Positions 38,990 to 46,990 of a stretch of DNA of 64,000 nucleotides are shown here, one piece after another. The stretch lies in the sequence record MZ311863.1; one strand, 5' to 3'. The notes beneath the pieces were generated by a model, which was not told the DNA's origin, ran no database searches, and saw only the letters and a list, made by a program, of their open reading frames with translations. The position numbers and the translations under genes are program-made. Each line of letters opens with the position of its first letter. The first letter of the stretch is position 1. The DNA is from Escherichia phage vB_EcoM_LNA1.

Positions 38990-39152
38990 GAGTGATAAGT
39001 ACACTCAAGAAGAATCACGGTATATCATCAAAGGTAACACAGGCAGTGATGTAGCAGCAGCACTTGAGTTCTACCGTGACGGCTTTTACCAGTGTACAAT
39101 TAAAGCTAATAACCTTATTGACATGATTTTATTAGGAAATAAACAGCAATGA
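38883..39152 (+). CDS. putative o-spanin (Rz1-like lipoprotein)
   Basis: 89 aa; lipobox-like LITMSGC; starts inside 3' end of preceding ORF in another frame. Confidence 0.4.
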   Translation: MKKLSQSFIMFVLLITMSGCSTNKVNSTFKNSQVSESDKYTQEESRYIIKGNTGSDVAAALEFYRDGFYQCTIKANNLIDMILLGNKQQ

Positions 39153-39418
39153 CAGAGCATGAAGATACTTTTTACGTAGAAGGGTACTTACTGTTACCGC
39201 GACCAAAAGAAACTTATATGCGAATTGACTTCATACCAACCATTATGGATAATGTGATGTGCCATATCTTTATGCAAGGTGTCACAGCGCAACTTAAGCA
39301 TGTTGGTAAAGAGTGCAAAATAAAGGTTGACACTCATCCAGAAATCAAAGAGAATCACTACACATGGTTCTTACCAGATTCTAAAGAAATCTTAGCAGTT
39401 CTCAAAACGAGGAAGTAA
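39149..39418 (+). CDS. hypothetical protein
   Basis: 89-aa ORF. Confidence 0.3.
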   Translation: MTEHEDTFYVEGYLLLPRPKETYMRIDFIPTIMDNVMCHIFMQGVTAQLKHVGKECKIKVDTHPEIKENHYTWFLPDSKEILAVLKTRK

Positions 39419-39420
39419 CT

Positions 39421-39744
39421 ATGCAGATTAATGGAAGAGATTTTGTAGCCGTTTACTATGAGAAAGATAAAGAGGTTGGTGTAGCACAAGTAACCTATGG
39501 CAACGGTAAGTGGTTATATGGAACAATCGCAGTAGTAGGCACAAGAAGTGATACAAAAACTTTTAAAGATTGTGTTGACCTTCTTGAAGAATCCATTCAG
39601 AATCATTGGTGTCTGATATGGATGACTGATAATGAAGTGATGGAGCGTTTCAAAAAGATTGACATCAACATTGACAGTATTGAGCATGTTGATTTATATG
39701 AGCTAACTGAGAAGGTAAACTATGAAAGCTCTAGAGGTAATTGA
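39421..39744 (+). CDS. hypothetical protein
   Basis: 107-aa ORF. Confidence 0.3.
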   Translation: MQINGRDFVAVYYEKDKEVGVAQVTYGNGKWLYGTIAVVGTRSDTKTFKDCVDLLEESIQNHWCLIWMTDNEVMERFKKIDINIDSIEHVDLYELTEKVNYESSRGN

Positions 39745-39949
39745 TAAAGACACTGGAGAAGTTACATCAGCATGTGTCTTCGTTAGTAACGACACAGTGA
39801 TACCATTTTACAATCTCGATAGTTTTAGTTTTACAGGGATAACTCCAGAAGAATACTTTGAAGACCTTACCTTTGCCAGAATCTCTATAGATACATTCTA
39901 TAAATGCTTCTATGATGAAGGTAAAGAATTACGAGAAACTGAACTATAA
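39722..39949 (+). CDS. hypothetical protein
   Basis: 75-aa ORF. Confidence 0.3.
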   Translation: MKALEVIDKDTGEVTSACVFVSNDTVIPFYNLDSFSFTGITPEEYFEDLTFARISIDTFYKCFYDEGKELRETEL

Positions 39950-39961
39950 GGTATATATTAT

Positions 39962-40162
39962 ATGGCTGACTTCTGCAAAGACTGTTCTATCGAAATGTTC
40001 GGACGTGATACAGGTGACTTAAAAGGTCTTATCACTGAAGATGACTTTAAAGCTGGTTATGCAATGCCAGTAATCTGTGAAGGTTGTGGGTGCATATGGG
40101 TAGACCACGAAGGACAGCGTGTAAAACCTTCAGAAGATAAAGAATCTTGGGAGAGATGTTAA
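39962..40162 (+). CDS. hypothetical Cys-rich protein
   Basis: 66 aa; CKDC ... CEGCGC. Confidence 0.3.
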   Translation: MADFCKDCSIEMFGRDTGDLKGLITEDDFKAGYAMPVICEGCGCIWVDHEGQRVKPSEDKESWERC

Positions 40163-40948
40163 ATGGGTATTGTAAAAATCATCAAAGGGGATATCTTTGA
40201 CGCCTTTGATAAAGGTAAATTTGATATCATCGGTCATGGTTGCAACTGTATGAATTTCATGGGTGCAGGTATTGCAGCAACTATTTCTAAGCGTTATCCA
40301 AAAGTGTATGATACTGACACAGAAGTTTACCTGTTTGCAGGTGGCATCCGTCACAAACCCTGTGAAAATTTACTAGGTAATTTCTCTGTAGCACGTTTAA
40401 AACAAGGTCGTATAGCTAACCTTTACACCCAACTTCATACTGGTAAAGATGCCCGATACAGTGCTTTAGAGTCATCTTTGAAACAGCTTAACAGATACTG
40501 TGAAGTTAACCAGTTGAAGAAAGTTGGCCTGCCTATGATTGGTGCAGGTATCGGTGGACTTGACCCTCAAGCTGTCACAGTTATCATCAATCAGGTGATG
40601 AAGAGCGTAGATGTTTACCTGTATGTCTACGAGGCAGAGATGTACAACAAGTTACACTCAGGTTGGAAGAACTACTGTGAACCAGAATACTTTGCGGGTG
40701 TAGTAGTGTTCACAGACAACACAGTTACCCTCTTCAGACGAAGAAAAGGTAAGATACATCAAAGTAACCCTCCGGTTGAAAAGATGTCTCTAAGTAACGC
40801 TCTAGTTACCCACCTGTCGAAGAGCAATCACAGGATTGCAGTAACATTTGGCAGCGATGCAGATGCTTACATCTATGCAAGAACTGATGAGGCTATCGAG
40901 ACGGTTTTCTCTTCACCGGAAGTTACCTTCTTAGACGCAAAGAACTAA
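40163..40948 (+). CDS. macro-domain (ADP-ribose-binding/processing) protein
   Basis: 261 aa; IIGHGCNCMNFMGAGIAATI resembles macro-domain N-x(5)-GGG-[VI]-x(2)-AI region. Confidence 0.5.
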   Translation: MGIVKIIKGDIFDAFDKGKFDIIGHGCNCMNFMGAGIAATISKRYPKVYDTDTEVYLFAGGIRHKPCENLLGNFSVARLKQGRIANLYTQLHTGKDARYSALESSLKQLNRYCEVNQLKKVGLPMIGAGIGGLDPQAVTVIINQVMKSVDVYLYVYEAEMYNKLHSGWKNYCEPEYFAGVVVFTDNTVTLFRRRKGKIHQSNPPVEKMSLSNALVTHLSKSNHRIAVTFGSDADAYIYARTDEAIETVFSSPEVTFLDAKN

Positions 40949-41020
40949 GAAAACTCTGTAGAATATTCACAATAGACTAAGCCTTTCTTATCTGGTAAAT
41001 TTTTCAGGTAAGGAGGGCTT

Positions 41021-41218
41021 TTTCATTTCAGGATTGTGCAGGTAGAGTTCTGGACAGAAATCTGTAGAGAGAATTTTGAACTCCAAAGAGAAAATTCATT
41101 TTCAAATTGTGCAGGTAATCTCCAAAGAGCTTTTTCATTTTCAAAACGTGCAGAGAAAAATCAGGTCGGGCAAGAAAAATCATTTTAGAATTGTGCAGGT
41201 AGGTGGGTGCAGGTGGGG
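41021..41218. repeat. iteron-like direct repeats
   Basis: four copies of about 25 bp CATTTTCA-N3-5-TTGTGCAGGTA (41021-41046, 41091-41119, 41130-41155, 41176-41203) plus gtgggtgcaggtgggg, followed by AT-rich stretch. Confidence 0.55.
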
Positions 41219-41377
41219 ATGTCGCCATTTCTCACAAGGCTACCACATCCGAAAAGAAAAGTCAACAGAAAAATTTGTAGCGGATTGAAAAATAATTCTT
41301 GATTTGTGTTCTGTTTTGTGGTATTCGCGCGCACCCGTTTCATTGCATTTTTGCCAAAAATATTTTTAAAATTTTTC

Positions 41378-41406
41378 TTGACTATTCGAACGGGGTTATC
41401 TAGTAT
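41378..41406 (+). promoter_or_regulatory. sigma70-like promoter
   Basis: TTGACT-17 nt-TAGTAT upstream of first small-gene cassette. Confidence 0.45.
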
Positions 41407-41411
41407 TTGCA

Positions 41412-41469
41412 TCAACGGGGAGGAAATGACTTCCCCACTAAATAAACCCTTAAACTAGGAGATTCTAAA
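41412..41469 (+). promoter_or_regulatory. leader cassette type A (copy 1)
   Basis: TCAACGGGGAGG(A/G)AATGAC(C)TTCCCCACTAAATAAA(g/c)cCTTAAACTAGGAGATTC(a/t)AAA-ATG; hairpin directly upstream of SD. Confidence 0.5.
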
Positions 41470-41658
41470 ATGGCATCAAGAAAAATTAAAGTTGGCGATG
41501 AGGTTAACATCAAGCACGAATATTCTTACAAAATGCTAACTATCCGCTCTTATAAGGTTTATCAGGTGGAAGCTATCCACGAAGATAACACTTTTTCCTT
41601 AAAAGGTTATAGCGAACGTTTCCCTGCTGAACTCTTTGAGAAATGGAGCGCGAAATAA
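41470..41658 (+). CDS. small hypothetical protein (cassette gene)
   Basis: 62 aa; preceded by type A leader. Confidence 0.4.
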   Translation: MASRKIKVGDEVNIKHEYSYKMLTIRSYKVYQVEAIHEDNTFSLKGYSERFPAELFEKWSAK

Positions 41659-41864
41659 TGCTATACGGTCGTGAATTGATGGTTACAACTAACGTTAACA
41701 CAAATGTAAAACGTTTTTACATGCGAATTTGTGGCGTATGGTCTAGAATATCAGAAGCTGACTACTGCAACTATGTAGAAACGGCAATCAACTCTGATTG
41801 TTATCTTACAAGGAATACTAAAAAATTTACGAGACAGACAGCGGTTTACTATTACGATATCTGA
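41658..41864 (+). CDS. small hypothetical protein
   Basis: start placed at internal ATG after ggag RBS. Confidence 0.3.
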   Translation: MLYGRELMVTTNVNTNVKRFYMRICGVWSRISEADYCNYVETAINSDCYLTRNTKKFTRQTAVYYYDI

Positions 41865-41867
41865 TAA

Positions 41868-41955
41868 AGTAATTTACAAGGGGCTTAAAAGTTGATATCT
41901 TAAGCCCCAGATAAAGAGTTTTACCACATCAACCCTTAAACTAGGAGATTCAAAA
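41868..41955 (+). promoter_or_regulatory. leader cassette type B (copy 1, divergent)
   Basis: ggggcttaaaagttgatatcttaagcccc hairpin then AGATAAAG...CTTAAACTAGGAGATTCAAAAATG. Confidence 0.45.
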
Positions 41956-42336
41956 ATGGCTTATCGTGCACCTAAATTCATCAATAAAGACAATTTCCGC
42001 AATGCACTGGAAAAATCACTTGATGAGAATTTTACAGGTCGGGTTATTGTTGTACACGCATTCAATTTTAAGTATGATATTAACGGGAATAAAATCAACC
42101 ATTACACGGCAACCATGTTAGATGGTGCACTTTCAAGTGAAAAAGCCATTCTTCATGCACTTGCAGGACGTGGTAAAAACCTGATAAAATGCAATAAGAG
42201 ACGTTATCAGGGCGGCGCATATGGTTACGATGATGCTGTTTATCATCTTGAGAATATGGGCTATTCAGTGGAAAAATCTGGAGTATCTCAAATAATCGGC
42301 AGTGATGGTTATGTGACAATCTTCAAAATTAACTAA
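41956..42336 (+). CDS. small hypothetical protein (cassette gene)
   Basis: 126 aa. Confidence 0.4.
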   Translation: MAYRAPKFINKDNFRNALEKSLDENFTGRVIVVHAFNFKYDINGNKINHYTATMLDGALSSEKAILHALAGRGKNLIKCNKRRYQGGAYGYDDAVYHLENMGYSVEKSGVSQIIGSDGYVTIFKIN

Positions 42337-42338
42337 TA

Positions 42339-42424
42339 AATTACTTTACAGGGGGCTTATAGTTCGATAAAATAAGCCCCAGATAAAGTGATTTACCACT
42401 AAATCCTAAACTGGAGAATCTAAA
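42339..42424 (+). promoter_or_regulatory. leader cassette type B (copy 2)
   Basis: TACTTTACAGGGGGCTTATAGTTCGATAAAaTAAGCCCCAGATAAAGTgaTTTACCACTAAATCCTAAACTGGAGAaTCTAAAATG. Confidence 0.5.
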
Positions 42425-42721
42425 ATGAAATTATCAAATAAAGTTAGGGAAAATCTAAGCAAGTTACTCAACAAAATCGATTTTATTGAGACCTCAAGAA
42501 ATACTCATGAGGTTATGGAATGGTTACACGGCAAGATAAAAGGCCGTCGTGTGGTGATTTGTTTATGGAACAGTTGCAGGGAGTATAAAAAACCTGTATT
42601 ACAAATTAATATTTATGATAATACTTTTAAAAGCCCTGTAAAGTCGAAAAGCGATTTATTAGAATCCTATGAGATAACTGTAAGTGGCAAGGTATCACGT
42701 AAAGAGGAAACACCATGTTAA
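42425..42721 (+). CDS. small hypothetical protein (cassette gene)
   Basis: 98 aa. Confidence 0.4.
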   Translation: MKLSNKVRENLSKLLNKIDFIETSRNTHEVMEWLHGKIKGRRVVICLWNSCREYKKPVLQINIYDNTFKSPVKSKSDLLESYEITVSGKVSRKEETPC

Positions 42722-43047
42722 TAACTGGCGTCACTGCAATTATAGCCATTATAGCACTTTATAAGGCATATAAAGCCTATAATCTGGCAAGTAAGGCAAT
42801 CACGCAACAGGTCAATAATAACCTTGTAGAGAGCTTTCTAGGGCGTTTAAGTGATGAGCAAATAAAGCGGCTAGAGATGAGCTTCAGATATAAAGCGAAA
42901 ACCTATCAGATAAGTGACATCTTCAAAGATGATTTTCAGTTAGTCGATGATTATAACGCTCTGATAAATGCTTTAAATATCAGTGACTTAAAAGACTACT
43001 ACGCTGTAATTGTTCAAGAATTGAGCAAACGAAAAAATTCCTCTTGA
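42715..43047 (+). CDS. small hypothetical protein with N-terminal TM helix
   Basis: 110 aa; LITGVTAIIAIIALY hydrophobic segment. Confidence 0.35.
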   Translation: MLITGVTAIIAIIALYKAYKAYNLASKAITQQVNNNLVESFLGRLSDEQIKRLEMSFRYKAKTYQISDIFKDDFQLVDDYNALINALNISDLKDYYAVIVQELSKRKNSS

Positions 43048-43077
43048 TTTTGATTTTAAAAACAAGTAAATTACTAA

Positions 43078-43137
43078 TCAACGGGGAGGGAATGACCTTC
43101 CCCACTAAGTAAAACCCTTAAACTAGGAGATTCAAAA
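43078..43137 (+). promoter_or_regulatory. leader cassette type A (copy 2)
   Basis: near-identical to copy 1. Confidence 0.5.
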
Positions 43138-43410
43138 ATGTACACTACTAACAACGGTCGCACCTTAAACGTAACCCTGCGCCACTACGTGAACGGTGTA
43201 ATGCACTTCGAGGATTTACAAGCTGAACAACATATCTTGGATTGGCAACTTGCAGGATTCCAAAAAACTGTTACAGGTTACGGGAAAAAGATTCCAACTA
43301 GTTGGAAAGTATACTACGAAGGACGTTTGCGCAGAATTTATCAGGATGTTTACAGTAATAGCGCATCAAGTTACATCATGGTAAAAGGTAAAAAGCTGCA
43401 TTTAGTATAA
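43138..43410 (+). CDS. small hypothetical protein (cassette gene)
   Basis: 90 aa. Confidence 0.4.
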   Translation: MYTTNNGRTLNVTLRHYVNGVMHFEDLQAEQHILDWQLAGFQKTVTGYGKKIPTSWKVYYEGRLRRIYQDVYSNSASSYIMVKGKKLHLV

Positions 43411-43496
43411 AGTACTTTACAGGGGGCTTATAGTTCGATAAAGTAAGCCCCAGATAAAGTACTTTACCACTAAATCCTAAATTGGAGATTCAAAAA
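43410..43496 (+). promoter_or_regulatory. leader cassette type B (copy 3)
   Basis: near-identical to 42339-42424. Confidence 0.5.
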
Positions 43497-43901
43497 ATGG
43501 TTATTAATAACCGTGAATTATTAATTTTAAAAGCACGTTTGACCGTTAACCGGATTAATGTTATTACGTCATCAGCACCAGACGAGACACTGCACAACAT
43601 TATTGGGAAGATTCAAAGTGTTATCTTAGACGTTGAAAACGTAAAAAACTCACTGATTGACGTTGCAGCAGGTATCACGCTAGACGGTGCACAATACGAA
43701 ATGGCTGACATGTTGGGCAAATCTAAGGTAATGAATAGGGAGTTAGATTTGAAAATGTTTAGATTTGCTGTTAAAGTATGGCTATCCGTCGAGTATGATG
43801 CTAATTATGCAATCGCTGACTTTTTCGCAACATGGTTACAACGTAATTTAACAAATCACGATTTTCGTAGTATCTGCGATGCAATTTATACAGAACTTTA
43901 A
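43497..43901 (+). CDS. small hypothetical protein (cassette gene)
   Basis: start at ATG (MVINN...) that follows the conserved leader. Confidence 0.4.
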   Translation: MVINNRELLILKARLTVNRINVITSSAPDETLHNIIGKIQSVILDVENVKNSLIDVAAGITLDGAQYEMADMLGKSKVMNRELDLKMFRFAVKVWLSVEYDANYAIADFFATWLQRNLTNHDFRSICDAIYTEL

Positions 43902-43944
43902 AAATTTTTGTTGACACTGGTTTCTAGATAGATTAAATTACACC

Positions 43945-43999
43945 TCAACGGGAGGGATGACCTCCCCACTAAATAAAGTCCTAAACTGGAGATTCTAAA
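43945..43999 (+). promoter_or_regulatory. leader cassette type A (copy 3)
   Basis: TCAACGGGAGGGATGACCTCCCCACTAAATAAAGTCCTAAACTGGAGATTCTAAAATG. Confidence 0.5.
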
Positions 44000-44203
44000 A
44001 TGGCTATTATTAACGGTTTAAACATTGAAACTACTCACATCAAAGACATCAAAGTTGGCGATATAGTCCTTTTTCACGGCGTAGAGAAAACTGTTACTGC
44101 AAAAGATATCAAAGAGGATTCATTCATGGGCCGGACCCTCTTCGGTGAGTCCTATTGCTTAGGTTACCTTGCAGTTTTAAAAGTTGTCAAAGGTAATCGT
44201 TAA
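44000..44203 (+). CDS. small hypothetical protein (cassette gene)
   Basis: 67 aa. Confidence 0.4.
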   Translation: MAIINGLNIETTHIKDIKVGDIVLFHGVEKTVTAKDIKEDSFMGRTLFGESYCLGYLAVLKVVKGNR

Positions 44204-44288
44204 AGTACTTTACAGGGGGCTTATAGTTCGATAAAGTAAGCCCCAGATAAAGTACTTTACCACTAAATCCTAAACTGGAGATTCTAAA
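44204..44288 (+). promoter_or_regulatory. leader cassette type B (copy 4)
   Basis: identical hairpin GGGGGCTTATAGTTCGATAAAGTAAGCCCC. Confidence 0.5.
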
Positions 44289-44831
44289 ATGAAATGCTTT
44301 CACGGTACTACTCAAGAAAACTTCCTCAATCTGATTAATAACGGCGATAAGCCATCAGGTGCATGGAATTGTTCGGATATGGACGGCAATTTTTACGTAT
44401 ATCCAGAAAATAAAATCTATGGCGACGATGAGCAAGAAATAATCTCTGAAGGTATCCAGCAAGCGTTAGGCAATGCCGCTATCACCGCAGCTTTCCAGAT
44501 GAAAACTCAAAACATTGTTATCTTGGAACTTGATATTCCAGAAGATGACCTGAATGATGATTATTCTTGTGATAATATGGCTGGCGTAGCAAGTTTTACA
44601 GAATACTTCGATTTGAATTGGATTAAAAAGGTTTACGTAACCGAGTTTAACGCTATGTATTCGCCTTTTTGTCTTCCTTCACTGGATAACCCAAATATGA
44701 ATTATCTTGATGAGACATTAGAGCTACTTGCTAAAAGTGTTCAACAGTCGGACAGTACTCAGGTTTTTTGTGACATCATGGAGACACTGGCAGGAAACAT
44801 CACAGAAGAGGATTTAAAGAGTTTTTTATAA
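44289..44831 (+). CDS. hypothetical protein (cassette gene)
   Basis: 180 aa. Confidence 0.4.
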   Translation: MKCFHGTTQENFLNLINNGDKPSGAWNCSDMDGNFYVYPENKIYGDDEQEIISEGIQQALGNAAITAAFQMKTQNIVILELDIPEDDLNDDYSCDNMAGVASFTEYFDLNWIKKVYVTEFNAMYSPFCLPSLDNPNMNYLDETLELLAKSVQQSDSTQVFCDIMETLAGNITEEDLKSFL

Positions 44832-44863
44832 AAACCTATACAATCACCTTATAAACACTATTC

Positions 44864-44883
44864 AGCCCCTTGTAGGGGCTTTT
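44864..44883 (+). terminator. putative intrinsic terminator
   Basis: agccccttgtaggggct hairpin plus ttt. Confidence 0.4.
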
Positions 44884-44897
44884 AAGGAGCTTAAATC

Positions 44898-45131
44898 ATG
44901 CTTACAACCGTTTACCTCATCCTTTCTATTTGTAATGGCCATTCATGCGACTTTAAAGGGCTTGAGGAGTTTACAGGAAGTAAAGAAAATGCTATTCAGG
45001 TTTGCCAGATAGCAAGGCAAGACTATCCCGCAAGTGATGATATACAATGTTACTTTAAAACAGAAGATGACGACGGAATCTATTTCGATAGTGTTGATGG
45101 CCAATATGAAATTATCATAGAAAAAGACTAG
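44898..45131 (+). CDS. small hypothetical protein
   Basis: 77 aa. Confidence 0.35.
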   Translation: MLTTVYLILSICNGHSCDFKGLEEFTGSKENAIQVCQIARQDYPASDDIQCYFKTEDDDGIYFDSVDGQYEIIIEKD

Positions 45132-45162
45132 ACAAGCCTGATAAAAGTCTGTAAATTGTCAA

Positions 45163-45222
45163 TCAACGGGGAGGGAATGACCTTCCCCACTAAATAAAGT
45201 CCTTAAACTAGGAGATTCAAAA
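45163..45222 (+). promoter_or_regulatory. leader cassette type A (copy 4)
   Basis: near-identical to copy 2. Confidence 0.5.
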
Positions 45223-45564
45223 ATGGCTTATGTAACCGTAATTACCGATAAACCGGATTCATCTTGGTCAACTCAAGTAAGTGATAAGATGACACCTATG
45301 CAGTGCCTAAAATACTTTGAGCAATGGAATAAAGGCGAGGAAACCAGCCCCTTTCAAGTAATGCAGATTATTCATGCAGACAACGAAGGGATTAAAACGG
45401 TTTTAAATAGTGAGCACTATACAACCCGATTTGAAACGAGATGTAAAACGATGAAGTTATTACGTGAGTCCGGTTATACCCATATTGCCGCACTAATCTG
45501 GGATGACCTGCTAAAAAATCAGCGTATCAGCTACGTAAAGCCTGAAAAAATATTCATCAGTTAA
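45223..45564 (+). CDS. small hypothetical protein (cassette gene)
   Basis: 113 aa. Confidence 0.4.
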   Translation: MAYVTVITDKPDSSWSTQVSDKMTPMQCLKYFEQWNKGEETSPFQVMQIIHADNEGIKTVLNSEHYTTRFETRCKTMKLLRESGYTHIAALIWDDLLKNQRISYVKPEKIFIS

Positions 45565-45727
45565 TCAATAACTTACAAAAAACTTTCAAAAAAGTATTGA
45601 CAATACCCCTTGACATTGGTAATGTTGTTCGAGGGGGTTTATCTAAAAGGGATTAACTTAAAAGATTCTTTATAGATAAACTGAAAAAATTGCTTGCAAT
45701 CAGATATCAAAACAAGTAAATTACTAA

Positions 45728-45786
45728 TCAACGGGGAGGGAATGACCTTCCCCACTAAATAAAGTCCTTAAACTAGGAGATTCATA
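45728..45786 (+). promoter_or_regulatory. leader cassette type A (copy 5)
   Basis: near-identical to copy 2. Confidence 0.5.
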
Positions 45787-46317
45787 ATGAACAAGTTCAA
45801 AGCTATCAACTTCATTCGTTCAAATGCTGTAATGTCTAAACCTGTTAAAGATACCTACGAATTTCGCTGCAATGGTGTACACTTCGCAACAATCACCAAA
45901 TCAGAAAACGGGGCTTATTACGTCCATCGTCGTAATGTTGCAACCGTTGTAGTCTCTCATTTTATGCAAGCCGTAGCGAAACTATTACCGCTATTCTTAG
46001 AAATTTACTTGGATGAGTGTAAAAACGTTCACAATCACGTTAAAAACCTTTTAAATAGTTATAAAATGGCTTATGAGCATTCAATCAAGTTTTTAAACAA
46101 GTTCTATAAAGCCCCTGTAAATACTGTTTCAATGGCTTACAGTGTAAGCGGTGAGTTGGTCAGTCTCTTCGAAGTGGAAGGAATCGAACTGCATGACTTG
46201 CGCCCTAGCGGTTACGCTAAGACACTGGGAGAAGGTTTATCTTTCAATATCAAAAACTTAGAAAAAACTTTGAGAGATATTGGAAAAGATATTGACGAGA
46301 CAATCAAAAACCTGTAA
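45787..46317 (+). CDS. hypothetical protein (cassette gene)
   Basis: 176 aa. Confidence 0.4.
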   Translation: MNKFKAINFIRSNAVMSKPVKDTYEFRCNGVHFATITKSENGAYYVHRRNVATVVVSHFMQAVAKLLPLFLEIYLDECKNVHNHVKNLLNSYKMAYEHSIKFLNKFYKAPVNTVSMAYSVSGELVSLFEVEGIELHDLRPSGYAKTLGEGLSFNIKNLEKTLRDIGKDIDETIKNL

Positions 46318-46325
46318 ATTGTCAA

Positions 46326-46380
46326 TCAACGGGGGATGACCTCCCCCACTCAATAAAATCCTTAAACTAGGGGCATCAAG
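46326..46380 (+). promoter_or_regulatory. leader cassette type A (copy 6, divergent)
   Basis: TCAACGGGGGATGACCTCCCCCACTCAATAAAATCCTTAAACTAGGGGCATCAAG-ATG. Confidence 0.45.
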
Positions 46381-46644
46381 ATGGAAAACGTAGAATTAAC
46401 CAAACTTTTACAAATTGCAACCGACAAAGAAGATGTAGCATTATTCCACCGTATCGAAAGCGATTTGTTCAATGGTGAAATCATCAAAGAATCTTACGAA
46501 GTTGTCGGATTCAAAGATGGTAAAGCGTTTGGCTTTTTTGACCTCGACAAAGGCAACGCGGTTGCAAAATATGATGTTTTATCTTGTGAGATTCTTACAA
46601 AATACAACGAAAAAAGGCTTGCAACATACGCCAACATGCAGTAA
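46381..46644 (+). CDS. small hypothetical protein (cassette gene)
   Basis: 87 aa. Confidence 0.4.
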   Translation: MENVELTKLLQIATDKEDVALFHRIESDLFNGEIIKESYEVVGFKDGKAFGFFDLDKGNAVAKYDVLSCEILTKYNEKRLATYANMQ

Positions 46645-46652
46645 ATTACTAA

Positions 46653-46709
46653 TCAACGGGAGGTAATGACCTCCCACTACATAAAACCCTTAAACTAGGA
46701 GATTCAAAA
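46653..46709 (+). promoter_or_regulatory. leader cassette type A (copy 7)
   Basis: TCAACGGGAGGTAATGACCTCCCACTACATAAAACCCTTAAACTAGGAGATTCAAAAATG. Confidence 0.5.
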
Positions 46710-46958
46710 ATGGCAACTATCCGCGCAACTGTTAACGCTTATGGCTGTTATACTCTGGACGTTAAATTTGATATTGGTGGGACTGATGAATGTTTTTCCT
46801 TAGTGAAGACAGTTATCAAGCAAGTTATTCCAGACTATAACCCTACTGATGACTTCTGGAAAGATGCCGTAAAAGAGGCCATAAACGATGAGCATCACTA
46901 TCACTATTGGGGCGATTTAATTGTTTCCCTGTACTACAGCAAACAAGGTTACAACTAA
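46710..46958 (+). CDS. small hypothetical protein (cassette gene)
   Basis: 82 aa. Confidence 0.4.
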   Translation: MATIRATVNAYGCYTLDVKFDIGGTDECFSLVKTVIKQVIPDYNPTDDFWKDAVKEAINDEHHYHYWGDLIVSLYYSKQGYN

Positions 46959-46968
46959 TCGACGCAAC

Positions 46969-46990
46969 GGGGCTAAATAGCCCCAGATAC
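46969..46990 (+). terminator. putative intrinsic terminator
   Basis: ggggctaaatagcccc hairpin after last cassette gene. Confidence 0.4.

Noticed and set aside
41028-41415. Minus-strand ORFs 41028-41228 and 41185-41415
   Set aside because: They lie over the iteron-like repeats and the promoter/leader of the plus-strand cassette array; translations are repeat-derived
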